64,000 nt of DNA from the human T2T-CHM13v2.0 reference genome, Homo sapiens, in assembly GCF_009914755.1 (NCBI RefSeq), contig NC_060927.1; one strand, 5' to 3'. A program made the translations under genes and the position numbers. The notes under the pieces were generated by a model, which saw only the letters and a program-made list of their open reading frames with translations, was not told where the DNA came from and did not search any database. This document shows, one piece after another, positions 27,942 through 42,230 of the stretch. Positions within the stretch are counted from its first letter, which is position 1. Each line of letters opens with the position of its first letter.

Positions 27942-28249
27942 CTCTGTTTAGTTCCAATGGTCCTAGTGAAAACTAGATACTTTTTCTGCATCAGTTTCAA
28001 GTTTTTATATTAACTACAAACTCTTACCCATTTTTCCAGGATAGCCCAAAGAAGTCTTTACAGGTAATTTAATAAACCATTGTATGTAAGTTAATGTAGC
28101 AGAAATTGCAGATTACAAGGAGGTTGGTTACGAAAAGTTGATATAGTAATCTGGGACTAAGTTTATAAAGAGTTTTGTGAACCTTACTAAAAGAAGGGGT
28201 TTGAATTTTATTTATATAAGGAACTACTGAGGATTTATATATGTATGTA

Positions 28250-29370
28250 TGTATGCATGTATTTGTTTCAACTGGCAAGTTAGATAGTATATATTTATAG
28301 TGTACATCATGACGTTTAAAATACATATTGTGGAATGACAAAATAAAGTTATTTAACATATGCATTACTCTACATACTTATCTTTTTTTTGTAATGGGAA
28401 TACTTAAAATTTATTACAGAGTAGCAGTTTTCAAATAGACAATATATTGTTACTAACTGAAGTGATCATGATGTACAGTAGATCTCTTGAACTTATCCTT
28501 CCTGTCTAATGGAAATTTTCTATTTTTTTAATTAACATTTCCCCAAGGTCCCCAAACCCCTAGCTTCTGGTTACCACCATTTTACTCTCTGTTTCTATAA
28601 GTTTGGTTTTTTCACACTGCACATATAAGTAAGATCATGCGGTATTTTTCTTTCTGTGCTGAGCTTATTTCACGCAAGAGTCTTTCAAAATTGAAGGACA
28701 CATAATGTCCTTCAGGTTCATCCATGTTGTTGCAAATGACAGAATTTCTCTTTTTAGAGCTGAACAGTATTCCATTGTGTATATATACCATGTTTTCTTT
28801 ATCCATTCGTCTATTGATGGACCCTTAGGATGATTCCATGTCTTGGCTATTGTGAATTATGCTGCAATAAAACATGGGAGTGCAGATATCTCTTCAGCAT
28901 GTTGCTTTCATATCCTTTGAATATATACCCAGTAGTGGGACTGCTGGATCATATGATAGTTCTGTTCTTAAGTTTCTGGGGAGCCTCCAGACTGTTTTCC
29001 ATAATGGCTGTACTAATTTACATTCCCACCAGCAGTGTGTAAGTGTTCTCTTTTCTCTATATCGTCATAAATGTTTATTATCTTCCTGTATTTCTGCTAT
29101 TCTAACAGATCTTAAGTGATATCTCATTGTGGTTTTAATTTGAATTTCCCTGATGATTAATGATGTTGAACATTTTTTCACATACTTATCATTTATATGT
29201 CTCCTTTTGAGAAATGCCTATTAATGTCCTTTGCCCATTTTTATATTGGGTTATTTGTTTTCTTGCTATGGAGTTGTTTGAATTCCTTATATATTTTGGA
29301 TATTAGCTCCTTATCATTTGTATGATTTGCAAATATATTCTCCCATTCCATAGGTTGTCTCTTACTGGGA
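28250..29370 (-). mobile_element. L1MA-type 3' fragment
   Basis: Antisense L1 3'UTR/ORF2 end (aggttcatccatgttgttgcaaatgacagaatt; cattcccaccagcagtgt). Confidence 0.9.
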
Positions 29371-29797
29371 ATTTTATATAAGAAATTTTATAATCATATT
29401 TGCTGTTGTGGGTGACATGGAATAGAGAGAATAAGTGGGAGGAAGAAATGCCTAGGAACAGAGAGCCAGTTCAGAACTATTACAATAATATCAGCACAAA
29501 TGGGCAGACCTTGGACTAGGAGTTATGACTCTGATTGGCAGATGAAATAAAGATATATTAAGGAAGGAGAACTGACTACATGTTTTGATCAATCAGATGT
29601 AGAGAAGGGACAGTCAGGAGCTGATTGAAGTGGATAGGTGAACTGAGTCAGATTAAAACAGGCCCTATTCAACAGCCAGGAAAACAGGGACAAAGTATTT
29701 TATTCTGGTGACAGGCTAACACTAGACAGGTTCTCAGGGCTCTAGTGAAGTGATTTGGGATTCAGGGAATAATTGTAGTCCTTTAAAAATATTTCAA

Positions 29798-30192
29798 TGC
29801 TTTTATCAGTTGAACTGTGTCTCCCAAAATTCTTGTGTTGAAGTCCTAGCCCCCAGCACCTCAGAATGTGACTGCATTTGGAGATACGGTTTTAAAAGAG
29901 GTAGTTTAGACAAAATGAGGCCATTAGGATATTCATTAGAGTTGGTCCCAATCCAATATGGCTGATGTCCTTACAAGAAGACATTAGGAGACACAGCCAC
30001 ACAGAGGGAAGACCATGTGAAGACACAGGAGAAGATGCCATGTACAAATCAAGAAGAGAGGCCTCAGGAGAAAGCAACTCTGCCGACATTTTTGATCTCA
30101 GACTTCTAACCTGCAATTGTGAGAAAATATTTCTGTTGTTTAAGCTACCCAGACTGTGGCACTTCATTATGACCACCCTAGCAAATAATAGA
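29798..30192 (+). mobile_element. MLT1B-like solo LTR
   Basis: gttgaagtcctagcccccagcacctcagaatgtgactg...ttaagctacccag...ccctagcaaataata. Confidence 0.85.
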
Positions 30193-30944
30193 AATGTCAA
30201 CATGGACCTAAGTCCTTTTAAACCAGAGAAGGCACAAGCCATGCAAACTGGGTGCTAAATAATACAGCTCAGAAAGTAGGCAGGGCCACCAGGGACCCTT
30301 GATTAGTGATCTTCTGGCCGAGAACTACTTCTAAATCCTATCCTCTGGTAGAGATGAGGCGTCTAATATTCTTTCAAGTTTGATTCTTACTGACTCAAAT
30401 TTGAAATCTCATTGATTTCAAGTTTTATTCTCATCTGTAGCAGAGCCAAGCTGCAGATGAAAAGTCTTTACTTCTGATGCTAAGAAGAGGCAGAAGCAAG
30501 GAGGGGCTGACTGATAATCTCAATTTCAAAAAACAACTAGCTGCATATCAACATATAGCATAAAGGAATGTTAGATCCAATTCAGAATTGACTCAAAAAT
30601 AATCAAGATACTTGTTTCTACTTGCACATTCCTTTGCCTTCACATACAAAGAGAAATTCACTGTGGTTCAACTACTGTTATTACCCTGCATTACTGCAAA
30701 TTTCTCTGAACTGATCTTTCTGTTTCATTATCGCCACTGTTAGCCCCCAATAATGAGGATCAAGGCAGATCATTTCAGGCATGAATAGGCACATTGCCAT
30801 GATTTTCTCATTTGTCTGTATACATTTGCCAAAAAAAGGAATTATCCAGAAATCTTGACTCTTTGTCTTAGTCTTCTAAATCCAATTTCAAAGGATAGAT
30901 TCTTCCTTTGCAATTACTCTCACATCCATCCTTTTATATATTTT

Positions 30945-30998
30945 ATATATAAAAATATAATAAAATATAATATAATATTTTATTATATTTTTATATAT
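30945..30998. repeat. Perfect AT-only inverted repeat (24-bp arms, 6-nt spacer)
   Basis: ATATATAAAAATATAATAAAATAT-aatata-ATATTTTATTATATTTTTATATAT. Confidence 0.92.
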
Positions 30999-33628
30999 CC
31001 CAGTTGAGGCTCTTTTCATATCTTGCCCAAACCAGTACAATAGCCTCCTTACTTTTCTGCTTGCCTTTTAGCTCTTTCCTCGCTGCCTACATTCATCCTG
31101 CGCAAAACTTTTATAAAACACCTTTAGAAAATTTTGACCACAATGCTCTTTTCCTATATATTAACCTTCAACAGATTCTGGTTGCTTATAGTAACACATT
31201 CAAACACACCTCTGTCTAGTGTTTAAGGCTGTGGGAATCTGGACTTTTCTAGCCAATGCATAACTGCCCTAGCTTCCCAAATCCTAAAATGCATTGAAGT
31301 AGTTTCAAGCATTGCCCACCACATGCCTGCCACACAGCCCCGTGGTGCTTCCTGCCACACAGCTGGGTGCTTCCCACCCCTGTGCTTTTGTTCATGTGAT
31401 TCCATTCCTTAGCCTGTACTCTGCCATGCTCCACCATGCTCTTTCAAGAACAGTTCAAATCCCAGATGCTTTTGCTCTCATTTTTCTCCCAGCATGAGAT
31501 GCCCTTTTTTCTGTCTACTCATTGTACCCATTGTTCAAGGCCGAGCATAACTTCTAACTTATCTCTGAAGTCTTTCCTAACCATTGCGGCATTCAATCCT
31601 TTGAGAAAGGCTTTTGTGGGGTCACCAGTTACCAGACGTTGCCTGAGCTCTAGGGATCACAGCTGGGTAAGACACTGTTCCTAATTTCCAGGATGATGTC
31701 CTCTCCTCTTTCCTTGAGCTCCTTTTGCAGTTACTACCCAAAGAATTGCCTATTAATAATGCGATGCCTCAGGAAATTTCTTCTGTTTTTAATTGCCAAT
31801 TACATTCGCTTAACTTAAAAAATGACTTATCTTCCCTAGGTATAGATTGTAAAGACTCAGTTTCCCCCCAAAGTATCTGGTTTAACATGGGAGTAGAGAG
31901 AGATATACTATTATGTATCAGGTATTGGGCTACCGTTTTTGCTAGTGCTTCTCCTGGTGTGATACGTCTAGCAGTTCATTCTATGGGGCACACAAAACCC
32001 ATGATATTACAGATACTGTTGCTTAGGATAAGGCTAAAGTAAATAGTGCCTATTTAAGTGTTTTTAAAAAGTGTGTTGATTTAAAAACAAATGTTAAATA
32101 GTAATGTTTCAAGTAATAGCTATGGCAGAAATGGTAGAAGTGGTCCTTTAAAGTCTTTCAAATGCATTGTATGATATCACATTTATTCCTCAGAACAACC
32201 TTGTAAATTGGAAACCAAAGTCCAGAAAAATAATAGAACTTACTCAACTCACTAAGATAACAGATCAAACTTTCCTCCTTTACCATAATACCCTTTTGCA
32301 TATAGAAAGATTTAGTTTAATTCTTGAATATGGGTGTCTGACCTGTGTTTTCATACTCCATCTCCTCAAAAAGATTGCTTTAGCTTTCTAAATCAAATCC
32401 TTCACCTTCAGAACAATAAAAGAGGCATACCAGAGTCATTTTGGTGTATTTCTAAGCATATTTACAAAATATACAAGGAAAAGGACCTGATTCCCTGGCT
32501 GGGTGAGTGAAACGTTAATTCTTCACCTTGGCACCTCAACCTACAGCTGTAATAAGGGCCGTTATGCCCAAATAGGCCCTTAAACGGAAGACCTGCTGAG
32601 CAGAGACCCACTTTCCCAGCCCTGCTCAACTGCCTCAGCTTTTCTGCCAACTGACCAGGCGGAAGCAGCAGCAGGGGAGGAGGGACTGCAGGTAGGTGGG
32701 GAGGGGATCATTTTGAAAGCCCTGAATCCCTTGCAGGGAAGAAGCAGCTGCTCCTTGTTTTTCTAAACATCTGTCCCATCTGTCCCAGGCCTCAGCTCAC
32801 CCTTTCGTGGCTCGAGCCAGTTAAACGTGAATTTGACAAGGAAGCACTTCTGAAGGCTGGTTTGTGAGTGGAAATGAACCTAAGTGCCACCTAGAAAGTT
32901 TCTTCTATTGAGAAGAGGTGAGTAGTGGGTCTTCAGCGGGACGGCTATTACCTTCCTTCATTTTACTCTCACAAAACATACAGCTTTTACTGATAGAGGC
33001 AGGATTTGTAACATCACCCAAATCATACTGTACGTCCTGAGGATATTATTTCACAACATAGAGGTACTTCTAGAGCCCATATTTTAACGTCTAGGAGAGC
33101 CACAGTCTTTGATTTGAAGGAGAAATAACGATATTGCACACACCATATCACCTTTATGGTAGAACAAGCTGTGAACAACTAGTGCGTGTGGCGTTTATCA
33201 CATTTAACAGCGTGTTGCTTTTATTTGTCTCCTCTGCCACACTGCTCCTTGAGAACAGGGACGTTATTTTTATTGTTATTTTCCCCTCGTATTCAGAACC
33301 GTGGCTGGAACTTGGCAGGCATGAAATAGACATTTATGAATGAATGAACGTTAACGAAGAAAAAAAAAGGAACTGGATGATTCATTTGGTTCTCCGAAGG
33401 CGGGTATGGGGGACGGGGCTCGGACTTTGGCCCAGTCACCGAGTGAGGCACAGTCCCAAAGTCCTGCAGGTCCGCCTCCAGTCACGGCCGACCCGGGTCT
33501 GCAACTGGTGCACAAGCCTCCTGAAGCGAGGCTGCGCGCGTCCTGCACGGTCCCGCCCCAAAGGCACGCAGACACGCCCCCTTTCCTGGTCATTCCCCCT
33601 GCGAAGTCAGTTCCACTCTAGTTACAGG

Positions 33629-33674
33629 ATTGGGGCGGGGCCAGAAAGGCGCAGGCGCAACGGGCGGCGGAAGT
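33629..33674 (+). promoter_or_regulatory. Core promoter module: inverted CCAAT (33629-33), GC box (33632-41), NRF1 site GCGCAGGCGCA (33649-59), ETS/GABP CGGAAGT (33668-74)
   Basis: Motifs read directly. NRF1+GABP+Sp1 is the established combination in promoters of nuclear-encoded respiratory-chain genes. Confidence 0.75.
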
Positions 33675-33758
33675 AGGAGCCTGGGAAGGAAGAGGGAACG
33701 GGTCCTGGCGGTGCTTTGCAAAGGGCCCGTGTTTCTGTTGCGGGAAGCTCCCGGGGGT

Positions 33759-33768
33759 CGCACGTGCG
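33759..33768. promoter_or_regulatory. Palindromic E-box CGCACGTGCG (MYC/USF/HIF-type core)
   Basis: CACGTG at 33761-66 within a 10-bp palindrome in the CpG island. Confidence 0.5.
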
Positions 33769-33852
33769 TCCGAGCCCAAGCCCCTCCCCTCCACTCCCCT
33801 TCCTGCGTGCCCCGGAGCCGCCAAGCGGCTACGTTCTTCTCGGCCCGCCGAG

Positions 33853-33871
33853 ATGGCGCTCGACCCCGCAG
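33853..33871 (+). CDS. CMC1: CMC1 coding exon 1 (MALDPA + first base of Asp7)
   Basis: ATG in strong Kozak context (gccgagATGG) inside the CpG island, followed by donor CAG|GTACCG. Splicing to 55348 gives MALDPADQHLRHVEKDVLIPK..., which I recognise as the N-terminus of human CMC1. Confidence 0.95.
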
Positions 33872-35116
33872 GTACCGGGGCGGGAAGCGGGGTTTGCCGA
33901 GGGGCCTCGCCCCGGGTCTCACGCCGCGGGCCATGCGGGCTGGATGCCGACCTGGGAAAGGTGCAGAGCTCTGGGTAGCATTGCTTCCACCAGCGTCTCC
34001 TCATACCCGGCGGCTGCTTCGCCCGGTCTGAGGTCATCTTCTCACTTGTTGGGGATTATGGTTATCTGAGGTTGCGTTTGTTGTCTAAAGTATCATCCAT
34101 TGTGGTTTCCAACTTAACGCGACTAGTCTCTTCATTGTCACCCTCTTTTCGCCCCTTAAGGTCACAGATGCATTTAATGTATGCTGCAGACACTCTGGCC
34201 CCAGAAAAATTTGTATATTTGTTCTGGCGCACAGTTTTACATTTCTGTTTGGGAGTTCATGGACCCCGAGTTCATCCTTGTAACCCAACTTAAAAACATA
34301 TTTTAAAGGATCCATCACTATGGCAGGAGTCAGTTTCTTTGGAAAGGATCTTCAAAATCTTGAATGTTGTTTTAATCTCTTTGCTTCCAGCCACTTCCGT
34401 TTGCAGCAATAGTTAACTTACCCTCGAATTCCCGTCCTTGTGGAAGGTCACCTGCAGTATCTTTGCGTTAGGCTATTTTTGCAAGGGAATAGATAACATT
34501 TTTGGAGGGAATGGTAGTTGGTCTAGTCCATTTCTTTCATTTTATGGATACAAAAAGTCAAAACATTGAGAGGTAAATGGCGTCAAACTTGGGAGATTCA
34601 GAAATGGAAAATGCTCTTTCGGAGCCTTCAAGGAGCATGGAAAATATATGTAGCATAGAAATAGTGTTTTAATTGAACATGTTATTACCATGCTAAGTGT
34701 TCTCTATTATCCAACAATAATATGTGGTATGGTAGGTCCTTTTAGCTCCATTTTACAGATTAGGAAACTGAGGCGAAGAGAAGTTAAGTGACTAGTCCAG
34801 CAGGTAGTGGTAGATCAGGGAGTACTCTAATTTGAAGCATAGAGGAGTTCTGGAACATAATGATCATATTCATTTTGGACTAGGTGGTTATGAAGCAGTT
34901 AGCAGTTGATCTGGGCTTTGAGGGATGGAATTTCCAGTGGTTGGAGCTGGAGAAGAGGCAGCCCTATGAGCAAAGGTTTAGATAGTAAGGTGCACTGTGC
35001 GATGCTTGGTTTCAGGATGACTACCATGATTTGGTTCTTGAGGGTAGAAGGGGTAGAGTATAAGTGAGGGGTGAGTAAGGAAGGTTCAAGTTTAGGCCCA
35101 TATAATTTATGGTATC

Positions 35117-35414
35117 TTTTTTTTTTATTTTACTGAAACGGAGTCTCACTGTCGCCCAGGCTGGAGTGCAGTGGCGCTATCTCGGCTCACTGTAGCCTCC
35201 GCCTACTGGGTTCAAGCAATTCTCCCACCGCAGCCTCCTGAGTAGCTGGGATTACGGGCGCCCGCCACCACGGCCGGCTAATTTTTGTATTTTTAGTAGA
35301 GATGAGGTTTCGCCGTGTTCGCCATGCTGGTCTGGAACTCCTGACCTCAAGTGATCTGCCTGACTTGGCCTCCCAAAGTGCTGGGATTACAGGTGTGAGC
35401 CACCGCACCCAGCC
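35117..35414 (-). mobile_element. AluS (intron 1, antisense)
   Basis: Full dimeric Alu, CpG-retaining. Confidence 0.95.
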
Positions 35415-36506
35415 TAATTATGGTACTTCTGAACTTGAAGTGACCTTTAAAGTAATCTCATACAGATGAGGAGACTGAGAATGAGAGAGGTTAAAGATTT
35501 CCATATATCTACACTTTTTGAATTTAGACAAGGAAATTTGGGAAAAAAGTCTTCATACTTGCTCTCTTCACTTGCTTACCTTCCAGTTACTCATAAGCCA
35601 CTCCAATCTTGTGTTGTACCCAAGGCCACACAGTTAGTTGCTGGTAGAGTCAAGTCTGGTTAGAACCTAGGTAATTTCATTTCCAGTCCAGTGCTGTAGA
35701 CCATGCCACCTTTTGAGTATTGATTAAACAAAGACTTGTTGAGTGTCTGGTATATGTCCCATATTGTTCTGGACCCTAGGGAACAGTAGTACATAGGACA
35801 AACAAAATTCCTGCTCCCAATAAAGCTTATCTAGTGGTAGAAAAAAACAATTAACACCCCCTTTTCCCCCTACACAGACACGTGCGTGGGCACACACACA
35901 TACACACACACATTTTTACAGATTGTGATAAACATGAAGAAAATAATGTCATGTGGTAGATGGTGAAGAGATTAGTCAGTGAAGAGCTTTATGAGGAAGT
36001 GTCATTTGAATTGGAATCTGAGGGATGAGAGGAAGCTAGGCAGAGTGTGCTTGGCCATCAGGTAGCAAATACTTAAAATATTTAACTTGAACGTGGGTCA
36101 GAGTGTGGAGGGGATCCATAAGGAAAGATATTGGGAAAGTAGGTAGTCACTAAATGCCTAGATATTGCAGAGGCTGCAAGTCCTCAAAGGCTGGCTGTGA
36201 TAATAAAGCATTTGGATTTTTTCTAATGGCATCAAATGCCTTTAGAATCTTTTAAAGAGGGCAGTAACATAATTTATGTGTTTATTATCCTCGCTACAGT
36301 GGTAGCATGCATTGTAGAGGGGTCAGGTCATAAGTGGAAGAAGGGAGACAGGTTAAGGGATAGGAGCAGTAGTCCAGGCCAAATATGTTTGTATCTTAGC
36401 CCAAGATGGTAATAGACAGATGGAAAGAAATATACAGCGTCATGAGGAGAAATTGACAGGACCTGTGGTTGCATTGAATAAGGATGGTGAGAGAAAGGGA
36501 GGAAAC

Positions 36507-37025
<519 letters not shown>

Positions 37026-38007
37026 TTAATTTCGTGTTTATTTGGTTCATACGTTGAAGCTTAGTTTCACATTTTGATGTTTTACTGCTTTGTACAGCCC
37101 ACGATGGTATTTGCCCATATTGAGTAAGTGAATAATAGATACACCAATTGAGGTTCATTTAGCAAAATCTGTTTTCCTATTGGTTTATTTTGTATTTTCT
37201 GTGATCTTTATAGAAGCTTGATTTTCATTTGGCAGCAACTTTTAATTAACTTTGTAGGGTCTCTGTTTTCCTCAAGAAACTGTGAACCCAGCGAAAAAAT
37301 GCAGGTTACATGCTTATACATAGTTTTATTTACATTATTTTCCTTTTTTTTGTTAATGTAGCAGTAATAACAGCAATCTTTGCTTATTGCCATGTTCCGG
37401 ACAAATTTTCAGACATGATTATATTCTCAGATGATGGCCCATAGGAACCTGCACCTGATAAATTTGATTTTTCACTTTCTCTATCAACTAAAGTAATTCC
37501 TTTCTCCCTTCTTTGACCTTTCCCCTTTTTAGTTAGGTTCTCTTCCCTCTGTCAACATAGATTCATTCTCTACTTATGCAGAATGGGGCATGGCAGCCTA
37601 AGGGAAGTTTCCTTAATCAGGTGTGTGTGTGTCCCTGTGTCCTTCTATTGCTGTTTTTTTCCGGGAACTTAATAAAAGGAGGAAGATGGGACAGAGATAG
37701 GGCTTAGGGGGTGGAAAGTGGGTTCAAGAATTTCATGACATTCCATGAGAAGGTGTTTAAGGTATATGTGTCTTGGGAAGATTTAATTATGGATGTTCTT
37801 GGAACATTTGGGTTGCAGTACTCCAAGTTGGGGTTCTTTCAGTGGTTCCTGTGGGAATGTAGGTAAATTACCTTTAGGGGTACAGGAACAGTACTAGCCC
37901 TTACATTTACTAGAAAATTTTAAGTTAGACATCTAAACAAACTTGAAGAATCTTTTTTGAGCATTGTATGTTTAATATGTAAAAGGTTGTGGAGTTGATT
38001 AGAAAAA

Positions 38008-38162
38008 TTTTTTATTTTTTTTAGTGATGGGGTTTCACCATGTCGCTTAGGCTGCACTTGAACTCCTTGCTCAGGAGCACTTGAACTCCTGGGCTCAAGT
38101 AATCTGCCCACCTCGGCCTCCCAAAGTGCTGGGATTATAGGCATAAGCCACCCTGCCTGGCC
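38008..38162 (-). mobile_element. Alu left monomer (FLAM-like) with small internal duplication
   Basis: gaactcctgggctcaagtaatctgcccacctcggcc; GCACTTGAACTCCT occurs twice. Confidence 0.85.
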
Positions 38163-40816
38163 TATAAGAAAAATTTTGATTTTATTATTGCCGCCATATC
38201 TCTAGAGTATCTTCTTAGACATAAATTACGTTGGTGGCTCAGAACAAAAAAAAAAAGACCTAACATCTACATTTTGTATATTTATAAATTAAAAGCATAT
38301 TTGCCATAGAAAATACATTATTTTTGTCTCATCGGATTAACAACTCTCTGATGGTTGCTCTGTGAAATTTGAAAAACACAGGCTTAAGCAAAGACAATAA
38401 GAAAGAAGAATTGAGATCAAAGAGGAGTATGTGCCATGGCAGTGGGTTGGGGGTTGGGATTTCAGTTTTGAAGCATGAAATGATCTGTAAACCATTTCAA
38501 GGATTTTGAATTTTATACTAAGAACAATGGGAAGACACTGCAAGTTTTTAGGTAACGGAGTGACAAACAGAACTCTCCTTATTTTGTGTTGATCTGACTT
38601 TTGTTTAGATCAAGAATAACCTTGATCTCAGCCACATACTGCATACATGATGTGTCTTTCCAGAGTATCCCATCTGGAGGTACATGGGTATCTGTCTCTC
38701 GTAGGTGATGTTAATTTTGATTACCCACTCAAGGTTTTGCCCTGTTTTGTTGCCGTATTTTCTCTGTTTTGCAATTAGTAACTAATCTGTGGGAAGGTTA
38801 AGACCTTGTAAATATTTGCTTCTCATCAAATATTTCTCTTTGATTTGGGGTCCATTGATTTTTTTTTTTTTTTTTTTTACCTGATTCAGTCTTTCCCATA
38901 ATGGTTGCAAAATAATGATTTTCTACCTCCAGCACACTCCCTTCACATTTACTAGATGGTTGTTGACATTTTACTGTAAGCAAGAGATTGCTTTGTTTCA
39001 TTTTCATTGATTTATGAATTTATTATTGGTATTTTTGGTAAGGACTCATGAACTGCTGTATTTTCAATGGTTTGTACTCTGTTAATGTACATAAGTATTT
39101 TTTGTGTTCAAATTTCCCCAGATTTGGCCAGAGTTCCCTTTAAGCTAGCTTCTGGATCTTTGTCATATACTCTCACCATTTTTTTGAGCATTTCCTTTTT
39201 ATTCCCTCACACAAGGTATCACTGCTTCATCTTGTACCTACCCTGGCCAATCCATACAATTAGTTATTTCTCTGAGAAGCCCTGGTTCCTTTTATTTGGG
39301 CACAGTATTAGAGAGTAAGAGCTGGTCACTAGAACTGCATGTAATTTGGGTGGTTTATTAATAGATTGCCTTTAGGAAAAGAAAAAAAAAACCCTTAAGA
39401 GAGTAAGGAAAATAGGAGACGGGAGGGGAAAAATCTGAACAAGGATGTGGTTTCAGGTCTTAACCTAATCAGCTCTGGTGTACCACATGGTACATACAGT
39501 TTATTGTGCCTTGGAGGCAAGGGAGCTGGGCTTTCATGCCCTTTTTCAGTCATTGGTTACTGTAGTAGTTGGGAGAGGGACAGCAGCAAGGAAAACAGCA
39601 AAGGGCTACCATGGCCAGGGGCAGTCCTGAGAAGGTTGCAGATGTGAATGCTCCAACATTCTCTGCTCCAGGAGGGATACCAGCTCTATCCTAAAAATAA
39701 TTTATCTGAATCTGTTAGGAATCTTAGTTGGATAGTAAGAGTTTTGATAGTAGTGAGAGTTCAGATAGTGACAGGTCAGATAGGAATGGGTACTTGCACA
39801 CATGTATACATACACACAGGTGTGTGTACTGCATCCAGTAAAGTGTCACAGGTTGTGGTTAACAAGTTTGAATAACACTGGCTTAAGATATACCTAAGGT
39901 AGGCTAAGCTGTACTTTTTTTTTTGTCTTCTAGGCCATCGTACATGCTGTTCTCTCTAGAATTTCTCCCATCTTCCCTATCCCCAGGTCTACTGAATTCT
40001 TGTTCATTTTTCACAACTCAATTTAAAATCAGTTTCTTAGGAGACTTTTCCTGATTGCCACCACCTCCAGTTAAACATTTTTTTTTAAGGTTTAGGATTA
40101 AAAACTCCACCAAAATATCATATAACCTATGTATAGAGTTGTTTTCCTTTTAGATATAAAATCCTTTTCTTTGACGAATAAAAGGAAACCTTTTATTCAG
40201 ATATGATGCGCCTATATGTAACAAATAATTGGAGAAATAAAGAAAAACATAATTTGAAGAATGGGAATGTTCTACCTGTGTAATAAATAGTAAATATTTT
40301 TCATATGAATCCACCTCTTTAAATTCATTAGAGACCAGATAAAAGGATAGGTCAGTTAATTTCACCTAGATTATAGAAGATTGGCCACCTCCTCCCAGGG
40401 AGGTAGTGTACTGTTGTGGAATCAACACCGAATTTGGGAGTTAGTAAGACTGACTTATTGTCTCAGACTTTGTCATTAACCTGTCCTTAATGACATAATA
40501 TGAGGTTTGAGGATGAGAAGTAGGGAAAGAGATGTATCAGATAATTGCTAAGGTTGCTTCAAGCCTTGAACTTTTATGATTCTAAATATTAATACTTGTC
40601 ATAGGTCTCAAGGGGTTCTTGACTCCACACAGAAATAAATTCAAGTTTGTGTCTTGTTGCCTGGATTAGTATCTTTTTTAATTTTTTGTTTGGGGTGTTA
40701 AAATCATATGTGTAAAATTCTGTAGATGTCAAAAATATGAGAAGTATTACCTTGTACTTGATATAAGTGGACCAAACAAAATTGTGCCCAAATAAAACTA
40801 TTGATACCCAAGTTAA

Positions 40817-41149
<333 letters not shown>

Positions 41150-41586
41150 TATTTTTGCATTTTTAAGTAAGAAGATTGAAGGAAAAAATTGCTAAGAATG
41201 TGGTGTTTACCATCCTGCATTGTGTTTTGCTAAAGAACTGTTACTGGGAGATTCTTACAGATCAAAAGATATGTTAATTACCTAAACATGACTAATTGGA
41301 ATGTAGAGTATCACATGTTTATGCTGCAGAGTAAGGAACCTTGCTTGACTGATTCATTATTGTATACACAATCCCTGGTGTGGTGATTGGTACATAATAG
41401 GTACATACGTATTTGTTTACAGTGTATCTGTAACTATCAAATACTAAAACTCTTTTAAATATACGTGTCATTTGTTAAACAGTTAAAACAATTTTATTGC
41501 ATATTTACCATATGCTAGGAGTTAGAGGGAATTACAAAGATGAGTTAGACGTGGTCTCTGACCTCATTAAAGTTAACTTTTACTTG

Positions 41587-41764
41587 CAGTAGTTCTCAGT
41601 CTAGCTGCATATTATAATTATTTGGGGAGCCTTAAAAAATATCAATGCCTGGCTTTTACCCCAGCATTTCTGATTTAACTGGTCTGGGGTGGGGCCCAAG
41701 CATTAAGAATTTTGTACAGCCCTCTCAGGTGGTTCTTGGGTACAGCCAGGGTTGAGAGCTTCTG
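41587..41764. mobile_element. MER5-type MITE
   Basis: CAGTAGTTCTCA...ggtctggggtggggccc...gggttgagagcttctg. Confidence 0.75.
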
Positions 41765-41776
41765 GTACCAAAATCT

Positions 41777-42230
41777 GTCTTAGTCTACTCAGGCTGCCAT
41801 AACAAAATCCCATAGACTGACTTGAGTGACCCACACAACATAGACTGGGTGGCTTAAAAAATGTACATTAATTTTTTTACTATTCTGGAGGCTAGGAAGT
41901 TCAAGACCAAGATTCAAGGAGATCTGGTTGCTGACAAGGACTCTCTTCCTGACTTGCAGATGGCTGCCTTCTCCCTGTGTGTTTACATGGCAGTGAGCGG
42001 GGAGGGATGGGGGAAGAGGAGGTTGAGGGAGGAGGAGGAGAGAACGAGAAGGAGAGAGAGCCCTCTGCTTCTTATGAGGCCACTAATCCTATCGAATTAA
42101 GGCCTCACCTTTATGACCGCATTTGACCTTAATTACCTCCCAAAAGCACTGTCTCCACATACAGTCACATTGAGGGTTAGGGATTCAACATATGAATTTG
42201 GAGAATGGTAAACACAATTCAACTCATGCC
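41777..42230 (-). mobile_element. MLT1A-type solo LTR
   Basis: tgtcttagtctactcaggctgccataacaaaat...ttcaacatatgaattt. Confidence 0.85.

Larger units (their letters stand above)
33390..34030 (+). promoter_or_regulatory. CMC1: CpG island / CMC1 promoter, 5'UTR and start of intron 1
   Basis: Only CpG-dense, GC-rich segment of the window; TATA-less; surrounds the start codon. The TSS cannot be placed exactly (probably ~33660-33720). Confidence 0.9.

Noticed and set aside
32884-32897. Partial CTCF-like word (reverse TTTCTAGGTGGCAC) upstream of the promoter
   Set aside because: Lacks the 5' CC of the core; too weak to call
33622-33852. 77 open codons in frame upstream of the CMC1 ATG (possible N-terminal extension)
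   Set aside because: No ATG, CTG, GTG, TTG or ACG in that frame, and all three + frames are open here because of GC content
33344-34069. Overlapping 70-139 aa ORFs on both strands across the CpG island
   Set aside because: Stop-poor GC-rich sequence; low-complexity R/G/P peptides. The ORFs spanning the CMC1 ATG are out of frame with it.
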